In this document: positions 46,222-55,702 of the stretch, piece after piece
Layout of the letters: the number at the start of each line of letters is the position of its first letter
Numbering within the stretch: the stretch's first letter is position 1
Virus record (IMG/VR): IMGVR_UViG_3300025364_000003
Span: 142,529 to 206,528 of that record
Reading direction: 5' to 3' (one strand)
DNA length: 64,000 nt
Notes under the pieces: model-generated
What the model was told of the DNA's origin: nothing
Databases searched by the model: none
The model's input: the letters and a program-made list of their open reading frames with translations, nothing else
Translations under genes and position numbers: made by a program

Positions 46222-48483
46222 ATGACAGATCTTTTTACAGAAGCAGTAAGGGACGCTGAAAAGCTTAAGGAAATCGCAGAGGCCGATGCGAAGAAAGCCT
46301 TAATTGAAGAACTCACCCCTTACATTAAAAAAGTAATTGCGAAGGAAGCTATGGGTTCCTCGGACTTCTTCTTTGAACAGGAAGATGAAGAGGAGGTTTC
46401 GCCTCAACTACCACCAGACCCTCAGGGTATGGGTGGTACACAACCAACCACTGCTCCAGCCGGCACAACTGATCCGACTCAAACGGTTGCAGGAGAGCTT
46501 GGCGATCAAACAGTGGACGCCCCAGTTCCTGCACCTGGCGGTGAGGATTTGGTTGGTGCTTCTATGCCAGATGAAGATGGAAAGATCGTTGTTGATTTCG
46601 AAGATCTTTTTGTAGACGCTGACTCGGATCAGGTTACAATTACGCCTGGAGAGGCACCACTCCAAGCAGCAGGTGCTCCAGCAGGTGCACAGCCAACTCA
46701 GCCGACAGAGCCAGCTGCTGTGCCAGCTCCAGAAACTGCTGGTCCAGCAGCACCAGTTCAACCAGCTGCTGGTGAGCCAACTGAAGAAGAAGAGGAAGTT
46801 GCACCGCTTCCAACAGAGGCGGTTTCTTATAAAGAATACAATAGGGTCCTTAGTAATATTTCTGAACGGATTGATCGAGCTTATTTCTCAGGACGAGTTT
46901 CTGACATCACGAGAAGTTCTCTTAAAAAGAGACTTTTTGATTTAGTCGAAGCTTTGGATGGAATGCGAGATCGGGGCCTAATTACTAACAAACAAGCTCG
47001 TCTCAACGAAAACAAGTTAGAATTTTTATTCTTAAAGCTGAAAGAGGCAGGTTTGGATAATAGTTACTTGAAGAAAGAACAAGGTAAAGGTACCGATATG
47101 ACAAGTCTCAAAGAATTTGCAGCAAAACTTTTCGAGGAAGATGAAAACCTCGCTAAGGATTCTGCTCACACTGGCGAGTCCGGTTTGAAAGTTGATGACG
47201 AATATTCACGTCACGCAGCTGATGTATCTGGTGTTGATCCACATCTTGGTGGTCCCGAAGACGTTGAAGTCGCTCAGGAGGGCAAGCTTGCCGAAGAGAT
47301 GAAGGGTGGAACCGCTGGCTCTGTTGATGCAGATGCAATTAGTGGCGATGTGCACGATCGTCCTTGGGATGAGGCCGAGCCTGTTGTTGATGAGGAAGAT
47401 CAGGATCAAACCGTTACTCGTTCAATGAATGAGAACAGCGCAGACGCAAACACTGATGCAAATGATGACGTTGCAGAAGGTGCAGCTGGCTTTGGTGACA
47501 CTAACGAAGAACCAGTCGCAGAGTTTGAAGTTGATGACGCCGAACTTGCAGAGGCAGTAAGGGCAATCCGCAAGGAAAATATCAAACGTAAGCTTGATGC
47601 TCTTAGAGAAGCTTCCGACGGCAAAGAAGCAGAGTCATGGGAAGATGCCGAACCAGAAGGTGGTGATGACGGTTCCCATGAGAACCTTGAGGACAGGAAA
47701 CATAAGAGCAATCTTAAAATGAAAGAAAGCATGTACGAAATGGATATGATGGAAGATGATGACCTTGGTGTTGATGATGCCGCAGATCTTGTTCTTTCGG
47801 TAGACCTTCCGCCAGAGGTTGAAGAAGAGTTGGCAGCACTTGGTGTTGATGATCTTGACGTAGACGTTGATCTCAATGTAGGTGCTGAGGATGAGGAAGT
47901 TGAAATCGTTGATGACGAGGATGACGAAATGGATGTTGACCTTGGTGGCGACGTAGACGATATGGAATCCGCAGAAGAAGACATGGTTCTTGCAGATGAG
48001 ATGGAAGAGGCAATGCACATGGAATCCCGTAAGTTCAAACACCTCGCACGTAAGAACAGACTTCTTGAAAAGAAGCTCGCAAAGGCTGTCAAGCTTCTTG
48101 AAGCAAGAGGCAAGCAGGTTGAAGGATTGAACAGACAGCTCGCAGAGACCAACTTGTTCACTTCAAAGACAGTTTACTACAGCAAATTCCTTCAGAGAGC
48201 ACTCTCTGAAAAAGCACTCACCAAGAAGGCTCTACAGCAAATTGTCGAGCACCTTGACAAGGGTGCATCCGTAGCCGAGACAAAGGCTATTTACACAAAA
48301 ATTAAGCGCAGGCTCGACGAGCATGCATCAGCTTCCCGCAAATTGGGTGGTTCTTCCTCTAAGGTGACCAAACCAGGGAGCGCAAACCTCACTGAGGCCG
48401 CTCAGCCACAGGCAGGTCATGATTCCAATGGCCAATCCGCAAATCGCTGGCAGGTACTTGCCGGGATCAAAAAGGTTGACTAA
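46222..48483 (+). CDS. Prohead scaffold/core protein, T4 gp22-like
   Basis: Very acidic; coiled-coil C-terminal region (QLAETNLFTSK..Y, QIVEHLDKGASVAETKAIY); ends RWQVLAGIKKVD; immediately upstream of the capsid gene. Confidence 0.8.
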   Translation: MTDLFTEAVRDAEKLKEIAEADAKKALIEELTPYIKKVIAKEAMGSSDFFFEQEDEEEVSPQLPPDPQGMGGTQPTTAPAGTTDPTQTVAGELGDQTVDAPVPAPGGEDLVGASMPDEDGKIVVDFEDLFVDADSDQVTITPGEAPLQAAGAPAGAQPTQPTEPAAVPAPETAGPAAPVQPAAGEPTEEEEEVAPLPTEAVSYKEYNRVLSNISERIDRAYFSGRVSDITRSSLKKRLFDLVEALDGMRDRGLITNKQARLNENKLEFLFLKLKEAGLDNSYLKKEQGKGTDMTSLKEFAAKLFEEDENLAKDSAHTGESGLKVDDEYSRHAADVSGVDPHLGGPEDVEVAQEGKLAEEMKGGTAGSVDADAISGDVHDRPWDEAEPVVDEEDQDQTVTRSMNENSADANTDANDDVAEGAAGFGDTNEEPVAEFEVDDAELAEAVRAIRKENIKRKLDALREASDGKEAESWEDAEPEGGDDGSHENLEDRKHKSNLKMKESMYEMDMMEDDDLGVDDAADLVLSVDLPPEVEEELAALGVDDLDVDVDLNVGAEDEEVEIVDDEDDEMDVDLGGDVDDMESAEEDMVLADEMEEAMHMESRKFKHLARKNRLLEKKLAKAVKLLEARGKQVEGLNRQLAETNLFTSKTVYYSKFLQRALSEKALTKKALQQIVEHLDKGASVAETKAIYTKIKRRLDEHASASRKLGGSSSKVTKPGSANLTEAAQPQAGHDSNGQSANRWQVLAGIKKVD

Positions 48484-48538
48484 CGGAAAATAGATATTTT
48501 AACACATACTTAGAAACAGGAGATTTGAGGAGAATACC

Positions 48539-50461
48539 ATGAAGACTTTCACTTTAGAGCAACTCGCAGAAGGCGTACACCGTCGCTCGCTTGGTGCAGA
48601 CTCACCACGACTCGTAAAGAAGTGGGGAGCAACTGGTCTTCTTGAGGGCCTAAAAGGCATGAACCGAGATGGCATGGCACGTCTTCTTGAGAACCAGGCA
48701 GCTGAGCTTCTCAAGGAAACCAACGCTTTGTCCCTTGGTGGTGCTTCTTTGACCTCAAGCGGGAAGATTGCAGGTTTCACAAACGTTGCATTCCCAATCG
48801 TTCGCCGTGTTTTCGCAGGTTTGATTTCAAACGAGATCGTGTCGGTTCAGCCAATGAGCCTTCCAACCGGTCTTCTTTTCTACCTCGATTACACTTACGG
48901 CAGCTCGGTTGGTGGTGACGCAGGAACCGCAGCTAACCAGTTTGCAACAACTAGCGTTGTAGATCCATCAACTTACACCAGCCAGGATTCCGTATACAAC
49001 AACCCACGTGGTGTTGGCGTACGTTCTGGTTCTCTTGCAACCGGTGGACAGTATGACCTTGTAGGTCATGGTTACTCCAAGGTTCACAAGCAGAGCCGTT
49101 TCCTTTCTGGTTCAACCGACTCTGTTGGTTACTGGGCATCTGGCTCCATTTGGACCCCAGGTGGCACAGTAGACACCGCTGATGACTTCGAAGGTCTCAA
49201 CGCACGTTTCGTCATGTACGATACTCGTGTTGAAAACGACCTTACCGATGGCGTACTTGATTACTGCTTCGTGTTTGTCAGCGCATCTGAGTTTACCGAC
49301 AAGATCAACGGTGCTGACCTCAACAACCTCAACCAGATTGCACTCACCGGTTTCGGTGCAGCAACCAACTCTGCTGTTGAGTGGGGAGAGAAGTATCAAG
49401 GTGGTCGAGGCGTGCTTAACCTTCGTCAGATGAACCAGCGTGGTAACTGGAACTCAGCAACTGGTATCTTCACACCAGATCCGCTTAACGGTTCACACGT
49501 GCTTCACGTAGTTCGTCTTGCAAATGCAGGTACCGCACCAGCACCTGATGGAGCTGTCGGTAATGCAGTAACTGCTTCGGCAGCTATCGCAGACGCACTC
49601 AGCGTAAACTCTGACGGTTCAACTCTTACGATTCCAAGCTTCGAGTCTGACTTCGCAGTCGACGCAAGCCCACGTATCCCAGAGGTTGACATCCGCATTG
49701 AGTCCACCAGCGTTACGGCACAAACCCGTAAGCTCAGGGCTCGTTGGTCGCCAGAAATGGCTCAGGATCTCACAGCATTCTACTCAATCGATGTAGAAGT
49801 TGAGCTTACAAACATTCTCTCCGAGATGATTACGCTTGACATTGACCGTGAAATCTTGAACGACCTTCTCACCCAGGCAGGAGCAGCAAACCTCTACTGG
49901 TCCCGAGCACCAGGTAAGCTTGTCAACAAGTTCACCGGCGCAGAGGCTCTCCAGAGCAGCACGCTTTCTCCAGGCCCAATGGCATTCGTAAACATTCAAG
50001 AGTGGTACCAGACCCTCCTTGAGACTGTTACGGACGCAGCAAACACCATTCACCGTAAGACACTCCGTGGTTCCGGTAACTTCATTGTTACTTCCCCAGA
50101 TGTCTGCACCATCCTTGAGCACCTTGTTGCCTACAAGCCTTCCTACAGAGTAGATGCTGACGGTCAGGTTCGTGACAACATGGTAATCGGAGCAGAGGCA
50201 GTTGGTACTTTGAACAACCGTTACACGGTCTACAAAGACCCATATTTCCCAAGCAACAAGCTCTTGATCGGATTGAAGGGTAACACCTTCCTTGAGTCAG
50301 GATTCATCTACGCACCATACGTGCCACTTATCCTTACTCCAGTTATCTACGCTCAGGAAGACTTTACTCCACGTAAGGGCGTCATGACCCGATACGGTAA
50401 GAAGATGGTCAGAAATGACTTCTACGCAACCGTAACTGTTCTTGACATGGGTATAATTTAA
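48539..50461 (+). CDS. gp23: Major capsid protein, T4 gp23-like
   Basis: KKWGATGLLEGL, FPIVRRVF, SVQPMSLPTGLLFYLD, TRKLRARWSPE.AQDL, EITLDIDREIL, YAPYVPL, FTPRKGVMTRYGK. Confidence 0.96.
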   Translation: MKTFTLEQLAEGVHRRSLGADSPRLVKKWGATGLLEGLKGMNRDGMARLLENQAAELLKETNALSLGGASLTSSGKIAGFTNVAFPIVRRVFAGLISNEIVSVQPMSLPTGLLFYLDYTYGSSVGGDAGTAANQFATTSVVDPSTYTSQDSVYNNPRGVGVRSGSLATGGQYDLVGHGYSKVHKQSRFLSGSTDSVGYWASGSIWTPGGTVDTADDFEGLNARFVMYDTRVENDLTDGVLDYCFVFVSASEFTDKINGADLNNLNQIALTGFGAATNSAVEWGEKYQGGRGVLNLRQMNQRGNWNSATGIFTPDPLNGSHVLHVVRLANAGTAPAPDGAVGNAVTASAAIADALSVNSDGSTLTIPSFESDFAVDASPRIPEVDIRIESTSVTAQTRKLRARWSPEMAQDLTAFYSIDVEVELTNILSEMITLDIDREILNDLLTQAGAANLYWSRAPGKLVNKFTGAEALQSSTLSPGPMAFVNIQEWYQTLLETVTDAANTIHRKTLRGSGNFIVTSPDVCTILEHLVAYKPSYRVDADGQVRDNMVIGAEAVGTLNNRYTVYKDPYFPSNKLLIGLKGNTFLESGFIYAPYVPLILTPVIYAQEDFTPRKGVMTRYGKKMVRNDFYATVTVLDMGII

Positions 50462-50491
50462 ATTATTCCTGCCCTCGCCGGCAAAAAAACG

Positions 50492-50521
50492 AAAAAGCGA
50501 CCACTTGTTGGTCGCTTTTTT
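50492..50521 (+). terminator. Intrinsic terminator after the capsid gene
   Basis: AAAAAGCGACCA-CTTGT-TGGTCGCTTTTTT. Confidence 0.85.
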
Positions 50522-50571
50522 CTTTTAAAATTCCCTTGTGTTTTCAAGGCCCACCCGCTATTTTTGATATT

Positions 50572-50608
50572 GTTACTGTGTTAGATATGGGGGTATATAT
50601 CCTGCCCT
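50572..50608 (+). repeat. Diverged second copy of the capsid-gene 3' end
   Basis: GTTACTGTGTTAGATATGGGG encodes VTVLDMG, as does 50432-50452; TCCTGCCCT follows both copies. Confidence 0.6.
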
Positions 50609-50645
50609 ATGCGCCCTATTCTATAGTATAGAGTGGAAGGCAGTA

Positions 50646-51539
50646 ATGAAAATATTTTTACACGGATATGCAAATAAGCGTGGTATTTATAAAATTACTA
50701 ATACAAAAAATGGACGTTATTATTATGGATCCGCTTCTCGTTTAAAAGAACGAGCTTATTCTCATCGGGACGATTTGCGCAGAAATAGGCATGCGAATTT
50801 GTTTTTACAAAGAGATTATAACAAATGTGGCGAAGATGCATTTATATTTGAAGCAATAGAAACAGTAGATGGAGCCAGGGAAGAACAACTCGCTAAAGAA
50901 CAGGCTTACCTTGATAAATTTTTTGATGGAGGAAACGAATGTTACAACCTTTGTCCAAAAGCAGAAAGTAGAGAAGGTAGCAAAAATGTTCGTCCATTTA
51001 ACCCAGAAACAGACGGGCGAGTAACATCACGAACGCCAGAAGTGTGTGCTATTGTAAGCAAGAAAAACAAAAAGACGTGGAACACACCAAAGAAAAAAGA
51101 AGAAGCTCTCAAGAACGCTCAAAAGCGTTGGGATAACCATTCTGCTGATGTAACCGTCACCAATAAAAAGACTGGTGAAACTGTTACCATTGAAGGTTCT
51201 GTCAGGTCTTGGTGCCAAGAAAGAAATCTCTCTTATAAGTCATTTCATTTAATGCTCAAAGGCAAGACTAAATCTTCAGGCGGTTGGTTTCTTGGCACGG
51301 AAGAACCGACTTACGTGGAACGCAAGGGTGAAAAAAGAAAACCTTTGTCGGATGAACATAGAGCCAAGATAGCGGGTGGTAAATATGCTGGTGTTGTCTT
51401 GAAGAACAAGGTGTCTGGTGAGATGTTTGTGGTTGGTGAGAATGCCAAAGCTGATTGCCGTGAGCGTGGCATTTCATATTCAAGCTTTGCAAAAATGATG
51501 AGTGGTAAGTGTAAAAGTGCTTCTGGTTGGATAGTCTAA
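50646..51539 (+). CDS. Free-standing GIY-YIG homing endonuclease
   Basis: GIYKITNTKNGRYYYGSA..R, HAN..LQRDYNK.GEDAF, EQAYLD, YNL; two C-terminal SYxSF..M..GK.KS..GW repeats. Confidence 0.9.
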   Translation: MKIFLHGYANKRGIYKITNTKNGRYYYGSASRLKERAYSHRDDLRRNRHANLFLQRDYNKCGEDAFIFEAIETVDGAREEQLAKEQAYLDKFFDGGNECYNLCPKAESREGSKNVRPFNPETDGRVTSRTPEVCAIVSKKNKKTWNTPKKKEEALKNAQKRWDNHSADVTVTNKKTGETVTIEGSVRSWCQERNLSYKSFHLMLKGKTKSSGGWFLGTEEPTYVERKGEKRKPLSDEHRAKIAGGKYAGVVLKNKVSGEMFVVGENAKADCRERGISYSSFAKMMSGKCKSASGWIV

Positions 51540-51561
51540 GTTTTTACTAACAAGATTTTAG

Positions 51562-51585
51562 AGCCTCGTCAAAGACGAGGCTTTC
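51562..51585 (+). terminator. Probable terminator hairpin
   Basis: AGCCTCGTC-AAA-GACGAGGCT followed by a short T tract. Confidence 0.55.
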
Positions 51586-51610
51586 GTTGTTAAAGTCACT
51601 ATTTATACTA

Positions 51611-52225
51611 GTGAACAGTAACCTAAAATCGTTATTAACCTTTCTTGAATCCAGTGCTCAACATGAGGCACTCGAATACGGAACGGAACCAAAAGATGAG
51701 GTTGCTTATCCACCATTTATAAAAAAGCTCGCCAAAGAAGTGGAATTGTTGGATAGAAAAGTTCAAAAGGCATATGAAGAGGGGGATCCCAATGCTACAG
51801 AACTTGATGTGTTGTTTGCAATGAAGCAAGAACAGTTGGAAACTGCCTTATCAGAGTTAGAAGACGAGCCGAAAGAAACTGACTTCGAGGATGAATTTCA
51901 AAGTGGCGGGCAAGAAGAAATGATGAGGCAATTTGCTTCAATCTACCGACATTGGCATGAAAAGATTCCTTATCAGGGTGTCATGTTGGACAAACAACAA
52001 CTTCTTGAGTTTCTTCGTGCTTGGGCTAGAGATTACGGCTTTAGACTTGGTGGATTCAAGGAAGAGACAACTGACGAGCAGCTTTTAGATGCAGCCAAAG
52101 ATTCATATGAGCGCATGAAATATCTAATCAACAAAAAGCAAGTTGTTGAACACAAAGCGTTGAATCTCGAATCTCTCTTGTCGGTCCTTGAACAAGCCGA
52201 ACTTGAAGCGTGTTTGGACGAATAA
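51611..52225 (+). CDS. Hypothetical acidic protein
   Basis: GTG start after CTATTTA; LKSLLTFLES and LESLLSVLEQ motifs. Confidence 0.6.
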   Translation: MNSNLKSLLTFLESSAQHEALEYGTEPKDEVAYPPFIKKLAKEVELLDRKVQKAYEEGDPNATELDVLFAMKQEQLETALSELEDEPKETDFEDEFQSGGQEEMMRQFASIYRHWHEKIPYQGVMLDKQQLLEFLRAWARDYGFRLGGFKEETTDEQLLDAAKDSYERMKYLINKKQVVEHKALNLESLLSVLEQAELEACLDE

Positions 52226-52319
52226 CGAAGCTTGAATTCAATAATTGTTGTGTCACATTGCTCAAGAGAGCATACAAAAACTTCATACTAAAAAAGTATG
52301 ATGATTACTTGGAGTAGAA

Positions 52320-52691
52320 ATGTTAACAGAAAGACGTCTTAAGAAACTCGCTGGGCTTATAAAAGAATATGAAGAGGGTCTAATGGTCGGGGAAACGTAT
52401 CAAAGCTGGCTTGACGAACATGGCAAATTACCATCCTTGCCATCTAAGGCAGCAGACAAAATCGTGTACTCGCTTCATGACCTTGAAACGGAAACCGATA
52501 CAGAAGGATACGACGAACTTCAGATAAGCGTTGGTCGCTTACCTAAAGATCTTAAGTTAAAGATTGGTGATGAAATCCTGGTAGTTCCATCAGGATGGTA
52601 TTATTCAACTGAGTCAGAATGGGGCGGACCTAATGTACATGGCCCGTTTGATTCAAAAAAAGAAGCTAGAAACGCAGCAGTGTTTGGCTAA
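52320..52691 (+). CDS. Hypothetical protein with R.KKLAGL leader
   Basis: MLTERRLKKLAGLIKE. Confidence 0.65.
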   Translation: MLTERRLKKLAGLIKEYEEGLMVGETYQSWLDEHGKLPSLPSKAADKIVYSLHDLETETDTEGYDELQISVGRLPKDLKLKIGDEILVVPSGWYYSTESEWGGPNVHGPFDSKKEARNAAVFG

Positions 52692-52695
52692 TTGA

Positions 52696-53520
52696 TTACT
52701 GATCAAACAGGTACTCTAGGAGTCCTTCAACTACTGATTTTGGTTTCTTTTTATTTATCTTCTTTTTCTTCGTTGGATATTTGCCATGAATGTTTGGTGG
52801 ATTCTTTACGGCTTTCCAGATAAACCAAGTAACAGCTTGAAGTTCTTGTGGAGTCAATCCAACTAGGTCTGCTACTTTTCTGTAATCATGAATGATAGCT
52901 TCTCTTTCAGCCTTTGTTGGTTGTCTTAGATCTTGGAGACGTGTTTTAATTCCTCTCCACACATTGATTGCATGTCCATCAAGAACCAACTCTCTTTCGA
53001 CTCTGTCGGGATTCAACAAAGAATGAAAAAACACGGAAACCTTTGGACCTGCAACAAGACCAACATCTCCGGTGTCGAGGATCTTCAAAGCTTTATAAAC
53101 GTTCGATTTGTATGCAGGAACTTTTTCAAGTGGCCCCAAATCACGTTCGCCTTCAAGCATCAACCAGTTTTCTATTAGCCTCTGTGCGGCCAAGAGATTG
53201 ACTTTCCAGCCAAGGTTCGGACTGAGAACGGCAACAACGGCAGCGGTAACTGGCAACGGCAGCTCATATCTTTCTGCTAATTCTCTTACGTGTTGATGAG
53301 CATGTTGATACCAGTTGCTCCAGTAGTCGATTTCATCTTTGGTTGCTTTTTTCAGTACAGAAAGAATATTATGATAACTTTCGTTTTTTTGAAGATTCAT
53401 TTTTTCATGAGGGATTTTTTTCCTACTTGGTTCATTTAGAACGAAGTCTAAGCCGAATCTTTCCCTCTCATCATAATCGGCTTCAAGGAGCCATTTTAAT
53501 AGTCGTTCAACGTTTCCCAT
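52696..53520 (-). CDS. Conserved phage protein, possible HhH-glycosylase-like fold
   Basis: WYQHAH, AAVVAVLSPNLGW..N, GPKV..F, VLDGHA, ELQAVTW. Confidence 0.55.
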   Translation of the reverse strand: MGNVERLLKWLLEADYDERERFGLDFVLNEPSRKKIPHEKMNLQKNESYHNILSVLKKATKDEIDYWSNWYQHAHQHVRELAERYELPLPVTAAVVAVLSPNLGWKVNLLAAQRLIENWLMLEGERDLGPLEKVPAYKSNVYKALKILDTGDVGLVAGPKVSVFFHSLLNPDRVERELVLDGHAINVWRGIKTRLQDLRQPTKAEREAIIHDYRKVADLVGLTPQELQAVTWFIWKAVKNPPNIHGKYPTKKKKINKKKPKSVVEGLLEYLFDQ

Positions 53521-53528
53521 GGAGATAA

Positions 53529-53798
53529 CTATTTCTTTTCTATTCTAAAAACCAGTGGTCTCTTGCAATTTGGACCTTTAATAACCCTGTGCCATGTCTT
53601 GGATTTAATAAACAATGTTCCTTCCATTAGCTTGGGTATTTCATTGTCGTATTGGAACCACCAGTCATCAGCTTGCATTACTTCAACAATTCGGTCTTCT
53701 TTATCTCGGTGCCAAACCAACTCTTCCGAATCGACATTTGGGTCGAACTCACGGATTACAACATTAGTTGATAACGTCTTTTCTTTGAACGGAAACAT
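53529..53798 (-). CDS. Small cupin-like conserved phage protein
   Basis: ELVWHRDKEDRIVEV...WHRVIKG; TAATG-coupled start at 53798. Confidence 0.7.
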   Translation of the reverse strand: MFPFKEKTLSTNVVIREFDPNVDSEELVWHRDKEDRIVEVMQADDWWFQYDNEIPKLMEGTLFIKSKTWHRVIKGPNCKRPLVFRIEKK

Positions 53799-54403
53799 TA
53801 CCACCAACGATACGATTTAGATGCGCCTGTCAATGACGGATAACGACCAATTCTACATGACCAGTAACCTGCGGTACAACGATCGTTTTTATCCTCACAA
53901 TTGTGTCTAGCGGCAAAAGATTTTCGGCGTTCAGGATCTGATACTTTCACACTCATATCTGGTGAACCAAAGGAGATTTTCTTGACTTTATCCCCGCATT
54001 TTTGATAAACATAAAACTTTTTGGATCCACCACGCTTTGGTTTGCCAAGTTCAACATCTTTTCCTTGATACTCGGCCTCATCAAGCATTTCGCTTCCTTC
54101 GATCATCGGAATGCCGAGAGGAACTTTTTTGTTTTCGTAGATGGCAAACTCACCAACGCCTTGTTCGATCAATTCTTTTTCTTGTTCAGAGAGTTGAATT
54201 TTGCCTTCGGTGTAAAGTTCTTTCATTTCCCTCATTAGGGAAAAGAACGCTTTCGACTTTACACGATAAATGTTGTCATAAAAACTGATACCATTTTCAA
54301 GATGAAATCGCATTCCCTCTGACAAGACACGCCCATACTTGTTCTTTTCAATCTCTTCTTTGACAAGCTTGTTAATTTCTTCTTCCAGTGTTTGTTTTGC
54401 CAC
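53798..54403 (-). CDS. Conserved phage protein with leader helix
   Basis: LEEEINKLVKEEIE; KKFYVY..VKKISFG...ERRKSFAARHNC...AGYWSCR. Confidence 0.7.
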   Translation of the reverse strand: MAKQTLEEEINKLVKEEIEKNKYGRVLSEGMRFHLENGISFYDNIYRVKSKAFFSLMREMKELYTEGKIQLSEQEKELIEQGVGEFAIYENKKVPLGIPMIEGSEMLDEAEYQGKDVELGKPKRGGSKKFYVYQKCGDKVKKISFGSPDMSVKVSDPERRKSFAARHNCEDKNDRCTAGYWSCRIGRYPSLTGASKSYRWW

Positions 54404-54451
54404 ATTTATGCTCCTGATTGCTAATTATTCGGGTAAAACTAGTTGGACCAA

Positions 54452-55696
54452 ATGAATCTAATAAAACCAAATGTTAACATCTGGTATCATGGGACGGAAA
54501 AGGGAATTAGTGGACCTTTGCGTTCAATATATCTAACACCAAGCAAAAATTTGGCTAAGCTGCATGGCGATGTTTACGCATTTAGAATTGATCCTAACGC
54601 TAGGTGGCTTGATATTGGCGAACTTTCTTGGGGCGTTCCAAGTATGGATACTATGGGATACGCTGAAGGGATGGATGAAAGATTTCGTTCTAAAGGCTTT
54701 GATGTGGTTTGGGATCGTTCTGATTATCGAAGAGGCCACCAACAAATCTACGTAGTTAACCCTGAGGTACTGTCAATGGTTGATAATATAAACGAATCCA
54801 TTAAGCTCAATAAGCTTTTGATGTTTCTTGAGGCCATATCTCCAGAACAAGTGGAAAAAATCGCATCAGCAGAACCAAATGATGTAATCACGGTATATCA
54901 TGGGACCCCTAAGTTCAGACTTCCTCTTTTGCTAAGTGGATTTGATGCAACCCAAGACATACCAAGAGATTATGGCGGGCCTGTTCATAGGGGCTTGTTT
55001 GTTACTCCAGATTTTGAAGTTGCTAAGAACTTTGGTGGTGGTGCCATTATAGAAATAAAGGTTCCAGCGAAGTTCATCCATGGAACTAACTACAGTGGTT
55101 TTATTGGCCGTAAACAGCAAAAGGAAAAAGGTAAAGAAATATTCGACTGGATTAAAGAAAAGTTTCCTAACTCATTTCGTCCGTACATGAGTCACACAAT
55201 GTTGTCGTCGGGCGCAGAGCCTCAAGGTTTGTTGATAGGAGTTGTAAAGCCAACCCAAATTACAAAGGTCTGGATTTACGAACATGAAAGTAACCAATGG
55301 GTTGAGTACGATCGTAAGGAATATTTGAAAAAACGTGATGTTTATAATCGACGTAGAGTTTTAGATCGATACGAAGAAGAAACTTTCTTTGATCCAGAGA
55401 TACACATGGCTGACCCAAATTTAGATCTTCAAGATTTTGTGAAAGCCTTAGCTAGGTTTGAAAACCGAGAAGGAATGGAAGAGAAATACTTGAAGTTTCT
55501 AAAAATGATGGGTAGCGTAGGAAGAGATAGGCTTGAAGAAAAACTAAGCATGATGGAAATAGGCGGTGCTAAGCTTGGCAAGCTGGCCATGAAAAACATT
55601 ATCGATCAAGTGATGGAATTAGTGGAAAAGGAAAAGAAACCTAAGATTGAGTCAACATTATCAATTGATAAGCTTTTGCACTACTTAGAAGGGTGA
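54452..55696 (+). CDS. Protein with two tandem ADP-ribosyltransferase-like (HGT) domains
   Basis: WYHGTEK..IYLTPSKNLAKLHG and VYHGTPK..GLFVTPDFEVAKNFG..IIEIKVP..EPQG; joined by LNKLLMFLEA. Confidence 0.6.
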   Translation: MNLIKPNVNIWYHGTEKGISGPLRSIYLTPSKNLAKLHGDVYAFRIDPNARWLDIGELSWGVPSMDTMGYAEGMDERFRSKGFDVVWDRSDYRRGHQQIYVVNPEVLSMVDNINESIKLNKLLMFLEAISPEQVEKIASAEPNDVITVYHGTPKFRLPLLLSGFDATQDIPRDYGGPVHRGLFVTPDFEVAKNFGGGAIIEIKVPAKFIHGTNYSGFIGRKQQKEKGKEIFDWIKEKFPNSFRPYMSHTMLSSGAEPQGLLIGVVKPTQITKVWIYEHESNQWVEYDRKEYLKKRDVYNRRRVLDRYEEETFFDPEIHMADPNLDLQDFVKALARFENREGMEEKYLKFLKMMGSVGRDRLEEKLSMMEIGGAKLGKLAMKNIIDQVMELVEKEKKPKIESTLSIDKLLHYLEG

Positions 55697-55702
55697 GCAC
55701 GT

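Noticed and set aside
47406-48161. 251-aa Ser-rich antisense ORF
   Set aside because: Mirror of the GAT/GAA-rich acidic scaffold sequence.
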